From Azolla caroliniana (lineage: Eukaryota > Plantae > Polypodiophyta), in contig JBHGNT010000007.1 in the NCBI GenBank assembly GCA_043228905.1, positions 14,136,001-14,200,000 on the forward strand: a stretch of 64,000 nt of DNA. The letters are read 5' to 3'. The number at the start of each line of letters is the position of its first letter. Positions within the stretch are counted from its first letter, which is position 1. The notes under the pieces were generated by a model. It did no database searches. It saw nothing but the letters and a program-made list of their open reading frames with translations, and was not told the DNA's origin. Both the position numbers and the translations under genes were made by a program. Of the stretch, positions 1 to 12,120 are shown piece by piece.

Positions 1-609
1 TGTATGTTCTCTATGCACATAACATTATGTATGAATGAATGTATGCTGGAAAAACATCATACATAAGTACATAAACAGTAGGTACTACTAACCTACATGT
101 ATGTATGTCATGTAGTAAATACATACACATGCATGGGATGGTAGTGAATGTACATATCATCATCATGTGACCACATCATAGTAATCATTAAGGTGGGGAG
201 GGGCTAATAAAACTCTTAAAAGCAAGAGTGTTTTAGGATAAGCTGACACATGCATCTGTATATGCATGTATGTATATATATTAATTAAGAGCAAGCATTA
301 AATACATGTTGAGGCATACATTATAACAATCAAATGTTAAATATGTAAAAGGAGAGCTTTGTATGTATATTGAATGCTGTATACCAATAATTGCAGGTAA
401 AACCAACAACCAGCAGTGAGAGATTGATCTTCTCAATGCACACACACACACAGAGAAATGTGATCTTTGCACTCAATACATATGCATTGAAATCTGAGCC
501 TTGTTTTGTAATGTTTTTGAGAGAGTTTTGTGTGTGGGAACACATTAAAAACACTCTCTCATCCGTGCATCTTTCTGCAACACCCAAAAACAAAACAGAG
601 CATTAAATG

Positions 610-639
610 CTCTCTCTCTCTCTCTCTCTCTCTGTCTGT
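610..639. repeat. (CT)n microsatellite
   Basis: ctctctctctctctctctctctctgtctgt read directly. Confidence 0.9.
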
Positions 640-1512
640 CTACCAACAGGACACTCTCTTCCTTTTCCAACACTTCTCACTCACTCTTTTTTACTTTCCT
701 TCTTCTAGAAACTAGACACAACCCCACCCCAAGTGAAGGAAGAAGGCCTTATTATGTAACAAGAAGAAGTTTTCATTTTAGTCATTTGCTTTTTTCATGA
801 GGCCTTTTCGTATGGTCGGTCACTTTGGTTCACTCAACCGAATCAACAAACAAAGCGCTTACACTTCTGTCTCCTCCGCCCGACCTTCCAAGGATTCGAA
901 AAAGAAAGAAAGAAAGAAACCACGGAAGAGGGAAAACCACAAGGCCCCTCACCCCGAGATGATCCGATGGCAAAGGGACGACAGAAACCACAATGGTTCT
1001 CGCCTTTACTTTCTTCTTCCTTTTCCTCAACTTTCTCCAGATTGTATAGAATATAGATAAAGACGCTCTCATGCGGTGGGGAGGGGGACAATAAAACAAG
1101 AGTTCGTTTGCTTGGCCACGAAACAAAGGATCCAAATTCTCGGCTTTTCTTGTCGCTTGCTTTCTAGGCCTAATGTGTTTGGGAAACCTTTCCTTTGCTA
1201 ATAGTTAGAGCTTCCTTTTCATTTATGGGAATAAAAACTATACACATATACTTCCATCGGGTTCTATTCCCTTTATAAATATTTTCAACCAACAAGCTCA
1301 ACGACTCAATGAGTGTTATGGTGAATGAGGGAACCTTTTTCCACAACACTATTTAGGGTCAATATGGGCAAGTAACCACATGTCAAAGACTTGAAATCCC
1401 CCCATCATAAGCAACCATCATGACTTTAAACTCGAGACGTAGAGGCCCACCACTCTGCCATTTAAAGCCACCCCCTTCTATCTTCAAACCTCAATACTAG
1501 AAATATTTCAGA

Positions 1513-1698
1513 GATATCCTTCCAAGCTCATCAATTTTGAACAAAGACTGAATTTTGCATAATCTCTTTTAGCAATTTGGATCATTTTGTCTACATATCC
1601 TTTAGTTCCCATATATCCTTCCAAACCAATCGATCATGATAAATGAGTGAATTTTGCATAATCTTTTAACAAGTTGAGTCATTTTGTCTACATATCCT
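1513..1698. repeat. Diverged tandem duplication, unit about 100 bp
   Basis: atatccttccaa...gaattttgcataatct...tcattttgtctacatatcct occurs twice in succession. Confidence 0.7.
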
Positions 1699-4600
1699 AA
1701 ACTTTAAGCCTAATAAACATAACTAAAAGTATTTGGGTCGTATTAGTGAGTGTCAAGGAGCATGAGAGTGCTCGATGTACAACCGTGACTTGGCAAAATA
1801 TTCTCAAATATATATGTCATGTTTTTCTTTAAAGAATTCAACGTCATTACTTGATTATAAAATGGTACTTCAAAATTTGATGAAACGTCTTATGCATAAC
1901 AAGTGTATATTAGATGAAAGGAACTTAAGCTCAAACCATCCTAACAAGTTCTATTGGCATGATAAAGGGTCTTATTATGCACACCCCTATTTATGACATG
2001 TATGACCAATGAGTTAGAATCTTTAGACATAACAAATCATTATAAATACTCCATACTAAACATTGAACTCAAGGATCAATACTAGACAACATGATGCAAT
2101 ACAAGCTATATCACCCTTTACACAATAATTCTAAGGTTACATGAAAATAACTCCAAAACTTAGTGGAGGGTTAAAGTTGTGTGCCAGTAGCCGTCCAGAA
2201 ACTCAAGGTGGAATATGTGTGCTAGTAGCCTATAGAGTAATAGATTGTTTACGCACTTGTTGCTTCCATGTAAGGGGCATATTACATCGAGAATGTGAAG
2301 TCCAAAGAGACCATACATTCTTCAAAGTCAAAGGAGATTGTCACTTAGAACAAGGATAAGTAAAGCTTTAGGATTGTGGTACTCTTAACGTACAATCTCA
2401 AACACACAAGGAACTTTAGATGGATCCTTCCAACAAACGTAATGTCTTAACAAACATGATGATGCAATGGTGAAGTTCATGCTTTGAAACCTTAGATTAT
2501 CAAGTTAAGGTCTCAACCAATGCATCCATTATAAAAAACATGACTGTCTTGTTTTGCAATCATGCAGTCTCTACTCCTAAACTATGGCCATGCCATCATG
2601 CACACATATAGTTGGTACTAAAAAATGTTTCCTGAAAATGTAATGACTTTCCAAAAATCATTGCCAGTTATTGAGTGAACTTGGTTGCACAAATTCACAT
2701 CCAAGCCTTGGGACAAGTTGTTTCTGAACCATGCACCATGAAATCAACGTCAAGTACGAGATAAACATTAACTCACAAATTTCACTTCTACCCCTCGTAC
2801 CAAATTTCTCCCAAAACATCACTTTCCACGATGCAAGGATTGAAAATGATATAAAGGGCAGTGGTGGGGGAGACACAGCTAGTTTGTAGTCTTTTTTTGT
2901 CAACAACTTCAATATCAAGCTTCAACATCCATCAACATGATTCTATTCAAACACTTTCCGACATCCATTTTCACCCCTCTATTGAAAACTACATATGGCT
3001 TCATGCCCTATTGTTACATTTGTTCCATTTTTTGACATAAATTACTTGTCGCAATGGAATCTTGGGTCTATCTAGTGTATCAATGATGTTTTGCAAAAAT
3101 ATTCGACAAAAATACCAATATATATATGGTGTTTATCTTGTCTTTTATTTCTGAATAATATTCAAAGCCAAGAATGTCTTGATCAAAACGACGGTATGTC
3201 CAAATGCAAAATAATACAAAAGCCAACATAAAAGGTTGTACTGTTGTGAACCAAGAGTCTTATGTGATATTCACTCCATTTTTTATGACACTAAAAGCAT
3301 ATTGATCCAAGAATGTTGCAGTTTATAGTCACATTATAAAATACCAGTATGTAAAATATAAAAGCTTTATTTCCGAAATACAACAAATAATGGTCTCTAG
3401 AAGGTATGTTTTTCGTAAAATATACCTAGTCGTATAATGGTGAAGCCTCCCAAGACTAGTTGCAGCTTTGATTTAGACCTTAAGGTATGATATGTATTAT
3501 TTTGATATGGAACAATGGAGCAAGTTTTGGGCATCCAAAATCAAATCATTGTGTCTTCTCCATGTTGCATTTTGGCCAAAGCAACCAAGAATATAGCCCC
3601 TAAATGCAACACACATTTTCAAGGGTTTACATACGAAACATGGAATTATACTAGTTTGAATGTATCTATAAGCCACACATTGGAGATCAAGGCATAGACA
3701 TATATGATATGTGATTGTATCTCGTACCATCATCCTGCATTCTTAGAATTCATTCTATATATAAAGTCCTCTAGATTTTGACATCATTATAATGATTAAA
3801 CAATGCTTATACCTTGGCTTTTTTCATCCTTCCCCCAAAGGACCTTACATGACAACTTTTGATACTCAACATGTTGGTTATAATTTACTGTATGAATTCA
3901 TTGTAGCCTTTGGGCATCTTTCCAATAATACTAAGGTGAATCTTTATTTTTATTTCTTTTAAGTAAATAAATTGCATAGCTATTTGTTTTTAATACATTG
4001 TCTACCAAAAGGTCCCAGCACCACAAAAATTATCCAACGATTGTTTAAGTGTACATACAATGAATAATTCCTTAGTCCTTGACTCCCTTTCTCTTTTTGA
4101 TACAATTAAAAGGTACATATGTATCTCTAAACATAATGAGAAGCTAGAGGCAAAAGAATTATTTTACTTCCAAAATGAATGGCATATCTTAATCATACAA
4201 TTCATCTTCTCTGCTCAAAATGCACATTGTTTGATATTGGAGATCAAAAAAATATTTAATTGGTAAGATTGCCTATTAAATGTATGGATGACCCAGATCT
4301 TTCATGGAGTGTCTCCTATTCTATGCAGGTAATAAAAGTTCAAATTTGCATTAGCCCAAGAGAAACAAAAGTTTTACTTGGATGCACACACACAAACAAA
4401 AGTAAATCAGATTAATCTTTTATCTCTTCAATCTCTATAAGGATAAAAGCTCTCGTTCAACTTTAATTGAAGAAACCTTTATGTCACTAGGCATATACAG
4501 CAGTTTAACTAAATATTATTGTATGTTCACCATGCAAATTATTTCCAACAAAACTATGTACCAAACAAAATTCTCACTTCAACAGATGATTACTAGTAAA

Positions 4601-5110
4601 CAAAAATATACAGTTTGCATACAGCTACAGCCGCCATTGATGTATGTTGCAATGATGAGTTTTATTCCTTGTACTTCTTTACCTGGATTTGTTTCCAGCA
4701 TGGTCTGACAGGAGGTTACAACATATCTTTTCCTTATGAACTACTTACACAATACAAAAGATTAAATTATCAATCGGAATAAAAGTGCCCCGCACTCATC
4801 AGTCCATGGATGGATTACTGTAAATGGTTCTAGAGACTATCATTAATCCAAACGGATAAAATTTCAGAACCAGATATTGTTTCCGCCATTTATAACTCAG
4901 CTTAGCATATTTTCTATCGTAATCACGAAACAGCCAGCATTCACAAAATATCAAATGTAGCTCAGCTATAAGCTACAAACATTGAAATTAAAAAGACAAA
5001 TGAATTTCAGATTAACAGATCAGGCATTTAATTGTGCGGAACTGAAAAAACACCCTTTGCAATGCAATTATGGTTTAAGGGCTCGATTGGCTCATAAAGC
5101 TTAATGCGCT

Positions 5111-8100
5111 TTACCGCCCTTCTAAATTAGCATAATGCATGTCCCGTGCTTTCTGTCCCCTTGTCCCTTCTTCATATTCTACTCTCTTTTTACGAGCTCT
5201 CTTCTTAGTCGGCAAACGTGGTTCAATGAGACCTTGTTTCTGTAGGCTGTTATATCTCTCCTTGACTAAAGTATAGCATCCCTGAGGTAATGTTCACATA
5301 TTAGTTAGACATAGAATGATCAATTTTTCTTTTGTATAAAAAAAAAACTATACATATATACTCTGACCTTCAATTTGCGCAATGATCCTGTAACTTCATC
5401 GGTTAGGAGTACCTGTAAAGGTTCTGGCTGATACCTGTAACAAACAGAAAATAAGTATTAGAATAATCTCCTAGAGAAGCAAGCAATCTACATTGAAAAG
5501 TAATATACACAGCCTTAAAAATAGATCAAACTAATCTACTTTAGTAGAAAACTTTCATTTTTCATATGGTAAGGAAATGTGATTTTATAGTTCTCATCTA
5601 TATTTATAGCTGATTGCTAATTCCTGTCTCGTAAAACATTGTGTGACAAGAACCTTGGACCGAGACGATAGTTACAGATAACCCAGGAATGTGGAATATA
5701 TGTTAAATAACAAGATCAGCTACCTGCATAGCAATTGATTTCTTCATAGCAAGAATAAATTTTTAAATTTCTTGATTCTTCCACACCTATTTTTTCCTAG
5801 TTGTGGGGGTAAATTAGCATGTTTCTCCTGCTTTGAAATTGTTCGTCGTAGCCACTCCCTGTGTTGCACCTGTTGATCATGTGCAATGGACTTCTCTATG
5901 TCATCCAACCTGTTCACATGTCAGATTTACCAAGCATAAAAAAAAAAGAGATAATAGACTTCCTCCTAAATAAACACAAAAAGAAAAATTTACATGAGCA
6001 TGCAATAGATTCCTATTGAACATCAAACAATAAGATCTACATAAGTAAGAAGATATTACGGATTTACCGAGCTAAATCTTTCTGAACTCTAGCTCGCTTC
6101 ATGCTTTCCTCCTCCACTCTCAGCTTCTCTTTTCTTCGTTTTTTCCTATTCAGGTCAGCCCTCGTGAGCTTCTTTATTTTGATTGGCCTAGAAAACATTA
6201 ATCCAAAAAATTAGTGCGTCAAGTTACATCACTGAATAGCATGGTAGAATATCAGCACAAGTGTTACCTTGAGATTTCGTTATACTCTTCTCCACAGCTT
6301 ACATCTTCTGCACCTTCATCTCCCACTTCTAAGAAGTACATCTGCAAGTAATTAACAAGAAGCAACTTAAAATAATCTTAAAATGAATGGAGGAACTGAC
6401 TCTTGATACCATCAATGATCACATGTCAGGACCAATGATTGTAACATGGCAAATTTTGTGCCCTCACAAATTGGTGGAAGATAGCTTCTCACTCAAACAT
6501 TAAACTACTACTTAAAAGGAAATATCATACCCATTGTTTGGACATCAGTTCTCAGGAGGATCACAATTGCCACCCACATACACTCTGGCTCCATAACACA
6601 AGCACATATAGATGCCTTTTCATTTGCAGGATTCCGCAGAACATACAGAATGAAAAGAGGGGTGCATTCACCATCCTTAAATAGAAGGAATGCAAAACAG
6701 GTGAGGACTGCTAAACAATGGAAGTGGCGTGAGTATGAAGGTGGCATGATACTAGGATCTGTATCTATGGACTGATCTATATCACCTATTAATGTGCACG
6801 GATGCACCCATGGCATGCCCTTGAGAAGCCCTGCCCACTGACACTGATAGAAGAGCTGCAAGTTTGGCATACACTTGCAGAGGGCCTATGGCATGGCATG
6901 TCTACTATCAGGATTCGGCCCTCAATATACCAGCCACCACAGCCACGTCTGACCATATCCTCCTTGGTCAAACCCTGACAGCAGAAATGACCACATGGCA
7001 ACTGCAACAGCGCATCAACTAACCAGGAAACATGGACATTGAGCAGCTCATCTATTTAACATGCACACTTGACCACTTTTTCAGAGATGACGGGGCCGTG
7101 AGTTCCAGGACAAGCTCAATTCAATTCGACCTTCTTCAAAATTTACATCACCTTTCCATCAAGTTGCTTGATATACCAAGTGAAGGTGGATATATGGATA
7201 CATGTTTGTAAGGATGTGCATCTGCCATGTATATATAAATAGCGCCACTTTCCCTATCCCTGTGTTGATGCAAAGAATAATTTGTGGCTTAGGAGCCCCA
7301 GATGATGATGCAATAACAGATATTACCTCTTCAGATACATATATAGCCTCTATTAAGAATTTTTTATGTCCACTGCTCAGATAGACTGGTTCTACAGAGA
7401 TTTTTAGAGACAGGCATCGATATAGGTTCCTCTATTCACATGCCGCATTGTTAGTTTTAATCAAATGTCAAACACTTTTAGTCATAATGTACTACTTAGA
7501 ATAGCCACATAAAGTATTTGGAATTCTGGTTTGAATTCAAATAAAAACCATCACTCACATCTTCCTCATCAACAATGGTCCCTGGCAGTGTTCGAGGAAT
7601 AGGTTTTGGCTCCAATTCTTTCTGATATATTTTCTGCATCTCTTGAGCAACAGCAAGCCCCAAAGCTTCCTAAATAAAATGTTGCATAAAGAACATTAAT
7701 ACCATTTCCTCCACATATTTAAGGTGTGCTCATGATTGCCAGATCATGAGATGATTTGAAATCTTACTTGATGATCCTCAAACCGGGGATTATACGAACA
7801 TCCTGGTGCATCCACTTCCACAGCTAGAATAGACTTCTTTCTCTTAAAATTTATATAAAAAAATAGGTTAAAATCTTCCAAAAGAAATCATATGATAGAG
7901 AAAATCACTAGTATTACATATATGTTTCTAATTGAAGTCAACAAAACCTATAAATGATTACAAATCGAAGGTTATCACCTTTTCATTCATGGTATTTTTT
8001 ATATTGACTTTATCTGGTCCACAAAGAAAAAGGAAATTATTAGACTTTCATGAAAAGCAGTGTGCACTTATTTACTCACAAATGATGTTAATACAATTAC

Positions 8101-10495
8101 CAAAGGATTCAAGCACAGTTAACATCACAAATATTGCCACATATGAGAACAAGTATCTGATATTGCCACATTAGACCAGATATTTAAACAAGAAAGGCAC
8201 CTTCAGAACCCCAGATGTCAAGGCTACATCGTACATTTTTCTTGTCAATCTGAGACATATTCCAAGCACAATAAGCAATTGGCACATCTTATTCTGCTTC
8301 TAGTAAAGTATATAAAGAACAACCACTTACCTTTGAATTATTAAATTGTTGCAAATTTGTTTTTATTGATTTCTCTTTCTTGAGCTTTTTTTTTGGTGCC
8401 ATTAGAGGTTGCACAAGAGATGCTCTCTGAAGAATGACATCAGAATGCAGAACTTTTTCCCGGTATTTTGCAGATTTCTTTGCAAGTGACAGATCTGGAA
8501 AATTTTTGCATCACAATGATTTAGCTAAAGTTTATACTTGCAAAAACTCTCATACAATTCGTAAGTTAAGACATCTAAGGCATGAACATAGTTAGAAACT
8601 AGAATTCAAACACATCAAAACAATTGTGACACACCTAAAGGAAAAGGAGAGAGCATTTGATTCACAACCAAGATAATCATTACCTTGCCCACATTGACCA
8701 CATATTCTAATCACCCAACCTTATTCACATTTACATTGACCATGTATTATAAACAGCAGTCTCATATATCAGAAGGAAACTTTGAAAATTATACCAATCA
8801 GAACTTTGGACTTATCCTAAGCTATCTGTTTGTGCTCCACACACATATCTGCTAACTACAGTCTACAACCAGTCACCTTGTTGATGTATTAACCTACAAA
8901 TATAAGGAGTGATTCACGAAAAAAATACAGAAATGAATAGAAAAGGTTGATGTAAACATCCCAGGGCAATACAGGAAAAGCACAGAATGTAATTAAAAAA
9001 AACATTTTTCTAGAAATTTTGCTTCACATTGTCCCATAAATTAGAGAGAGAGGAAATGTAGTAAGAAATTTCTTTTATTTTTTGGAAGTCCGCTTTGCAC
9101 TGTGTCAGTTTTTCTAAGTCTATATGCTCTCCAGAATATGCCAGTAAACATAGACTCTTGATACAGGAGCAATATCAACATTCAAGTGCCCAGCTTTAGA
9201 AAAGGGAGATTGACAACTTGATCATGCATAACAAGGATGCAAAAATAACACTTAAGAATAGTTAGACATGAAAATTGATCATATAACCAGTAGAATAAAA
9301 GCATTTGTAAAACAAATATTACGTTAAATGCCCTATTTACAAGCAAAATTGGAATTTGTTCCGGCAACCACAACATTATTGACCACTTTACTGTAATATT
9401 TACACCCTAGCCAAAATGCTGAATTTCTTTATATTTGATATTCTTGTGCCTACTAATATTTAGATCCAAACGTAGAATCTCTTGGGAATCTCCATTTAGT
9501 GCAATGTTTACACACTACCAAAACACAGAGTTTATTCATCTACAATACTATTGTGTCAACTAGCATTTATATGCAAATGTAGAATCTCTTTAGAACTTTC
9601 ATATCCAAATGTAGAATCTCTTTAGAACTTTCGTATACAAATGTAGAATCTCTTTGGAACTTTCATATGAAACCACAAGCTTGTTTCTACCAATATTTTA
9701 CACACTAGCCAAAACGCCAAGTTTATTCATCTATATTACTATTGTGCCTCCTAACATTTATATCCAAATGTAGAATCTCTTTGGAACATTCATATCCAAA
9801 CATAGAATCTTTTTAGAGTATTCATATCCAAATGTAGAATCTCTTTGGAACTTTCATATAAAACTGGAAGCTTGTTTCTACCAATATTTAAGCCCCAAAA
9901 GTGGAATATCTCTGAAACCCCCGAAATGACCATATTGCATTTCCCCGAGTCTCGCAATGTGTAAATAAAAATACCAAGAAGTTCAAAGATAATCAATTCA
10001 CAAATGGAAGAGAAAATAATAATTTACCTTTCTAACATACATTTAGCCCAAATTCTCTAAAAGCCAATAAGAATACCTATTTGAAACTTAACTTCTCACA
10101 GATAATCGCTGCAAAGAAGGTCGAAAAGAAATAATACTAGTAATAACCACCCTTACAATTTCACCTAATATTGTTGACATACATTTCGCCCTAACTCATG
10201 CACACGTCAATAAAATAGTACCTCCCTAAAAGAAGGTTCATAGAATTACTCCAAAAAAACGAAGATATATACGAGCAAGAAAGAAACGAAGAATAAGATA
10301 TAAAAAGGAGACAAAATACTAACCTGAAGATTTGTCGACAAAGAATAGGCTTTCGTCAGGAAGAGAGACAAGTGAACCACCGCTGCGTTCATCGCGATCT
10401 GTCTTCTGAGCAAAATCATCTTCTTCCTTCGTGCTGATGTTTGCACGCCATGCCTTCTTCCCCTTGCGAGACGTCTTGCTCTTCTTCTTCGCCAT
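5111..10495 (-). CDS. NOP53: Ribosome biogenesis protein NOP53 (GLTSCR2/PICT1 family), 11 coding exons, 386 aa
   Basis: Manually spliced exons 10324-10495, 8331-8494, 8201-8249, 7979-8013, 7768-7842, 7559-7669, 6268-6341, 6068-6187, 5787-5909, 5368-5434, 5111-5281. All introns are GT-AG with consistent phase; total 1161 nt ending TAA. Protein MAKKKSKTSRKGKKAWRANIS...LFFVD (Mtr4 arch-interacting motif LFxxD)...DIWG...AVEVDAPGCSYNP...VLLTDEVTGSLRKLKGC...RYNSLQKQGLIEPR matches Nop53 family hallmarks. Confidence 0.95.
9460..9890. repeat. Intronic minisatellite, about 32-bp unit (atccaaatgtagaatctctttggaactttcat) with higher-order duplication
   Basis: About seven copies of tagaatctct, plus repeated aagcttgtttctaccaatattta and gtttattcatcta blocks, in NOP53 intron 1. 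Confidence 0.8.
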
Positions 10496-10675
10496 AGCTC
10501 ACAGAACAGCAGACACCAGAAACACAAGAGTCAGAGAGAGAGAGAAAGAGGGGCAAAAAAATTATTCTCTTCCCCTGTATATACTATGTACTAATACTCC
10601 AAACATACCCCTCGGATTTTCTTTATTTCACCTGGATGCCCCTATTGCGTGCTGAGGAAACAATGGAGAAGAAAA

Positions 10676-10695
10676 GGGGGGGGGGGGGGGGGGGG
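10676..10695 (+). repeat. G20 homopolymer about 180 bp upstream of the NOP53 start codon
   Basis: Run of 20 G read directly. Confidence 0.9.
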
Positions 10696-12120
10696 AGCAC
10701 TTCATAGCTCTCTTGTGCACAACATATTAATGCCCTTCAAATGCTTCTCCGATCTTCAATTTTGCTTCTTCTCCCACTCTAAGAATGCTTATAACTAAGA
10801 ACTGAGAATCGGTTTCAGTTTGGAGATTGTCTAGTGGGGGCAACAAAGTAAGCTCAAATGATGATGCGACATGACATCATTGGTCATCAATCAGTTGATG
10901 TTGAACCAACGCATCCAAGCTTACTCAGCCGCTCAGTGTCGAGCATGAACCCCAACACTTACGTGTTGTTGTAGTGGAGCTAAACATTAAAGAAATGTTT
11001 AAAGTTTTTTGTTATGTTTGGGGAAGACAATTTCGAGATGCCCCTTTTGCTTTAGGGGCTTTCTTTAACATTCATTCATTGCAGAATAAATGAGGTTGAT
11101 AACTCCAACTTCTTTGTTGAGCCCCTAATAGAAATCCTACATACTCATGTAGCATAATAAGATCACAGAATTCAAGAAATTTTTGCTCGATGGATTCTTG
11201 TTCTAGTTATTCGAAATGAGCCTCAAATTGGAAACTTGTGCCTATTAGGCAAATAGTCATCAGCTGCAAGAAATGTGATAATAATGATGGTTTCTTGTTT
11301 GGGCTATACAATCTTGGATGGAAATATTTGAAAACCATGAGAACCATTAGTCAAAAAATCTTGCTAGTTGTATGATGGGTGTGTGCACAACCTAAAGGTC
11401 ATAGAGTGTATAATATGGAGTAGTACAATGGGTGTAAAATAGTGTTGAGCGAACAAGCTCAACTGGATCCGGATCGGCTAAATAAGCCAGAGTTGAACCG
11501 GAGTCTAGAACGAAGAACTAGATCGGTATCCGGAACCAAGAGCCATGTCGGAGAGTTGGATCATAACCCGGATCGGATTGTAACCGGTAGGCCGTTGGAG
11601 GCCTACGACTCTACCCTAGTACATAGGCATATTTTTGGGAGTCAATGTCTCATGCTATGTATGAGCATTGAAGTACTTGTCAGTATTTCTGTCCTTTATA
11701 GACTTGTATAAAAGTGCTCATTGAGCACATTATATGCACAGAGGTCTTTGAGTATTTTTGAATTTGAGTTTATGTTGTTCTACTCTCTTTGTCTCTCCCG
11801 CATACTCTCTGTGTGTGCTCAAGTTTTCCATTAAACATTCGTCTGTTTTCTATTGCTATACGGTAGAGCCGGTTGTGTTTGTTAGCTTCCGCACGCTAAT
11901 ATTTACATGGTATCAAAGCACAAGGGTTGAAAATCCTCTACTGCCGACAAGAAACTTGAGAAGACTAGAGGAAACCTAACTTTCGGTAAGAACAAACCGA
12001 AAAGAAAAGAAATGGACAAAGGGATGGCAAGCTCGCTTCCGGTTGAGAAGCTCGATAGGAACAACTATGCATCTTGGTCATACAAGATGCACTAGCACCT
12101 ACGTGGACATGGGTACTAGA

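Noticed and set aside
790-1140. Possible 5' UTR exons of a minus-strand gene lying left of the window (GA-rich leader, GTGAG/GTAAG donor-like sites)
   Set aside because: No coding exon is visible to support it.
1700-4300. Short ORFs in the region downstream of NOP53, possibly a decayed transposon
   Set aside because: I could not recognise a domain, TIR or TSD by eye; needs BLASTX.
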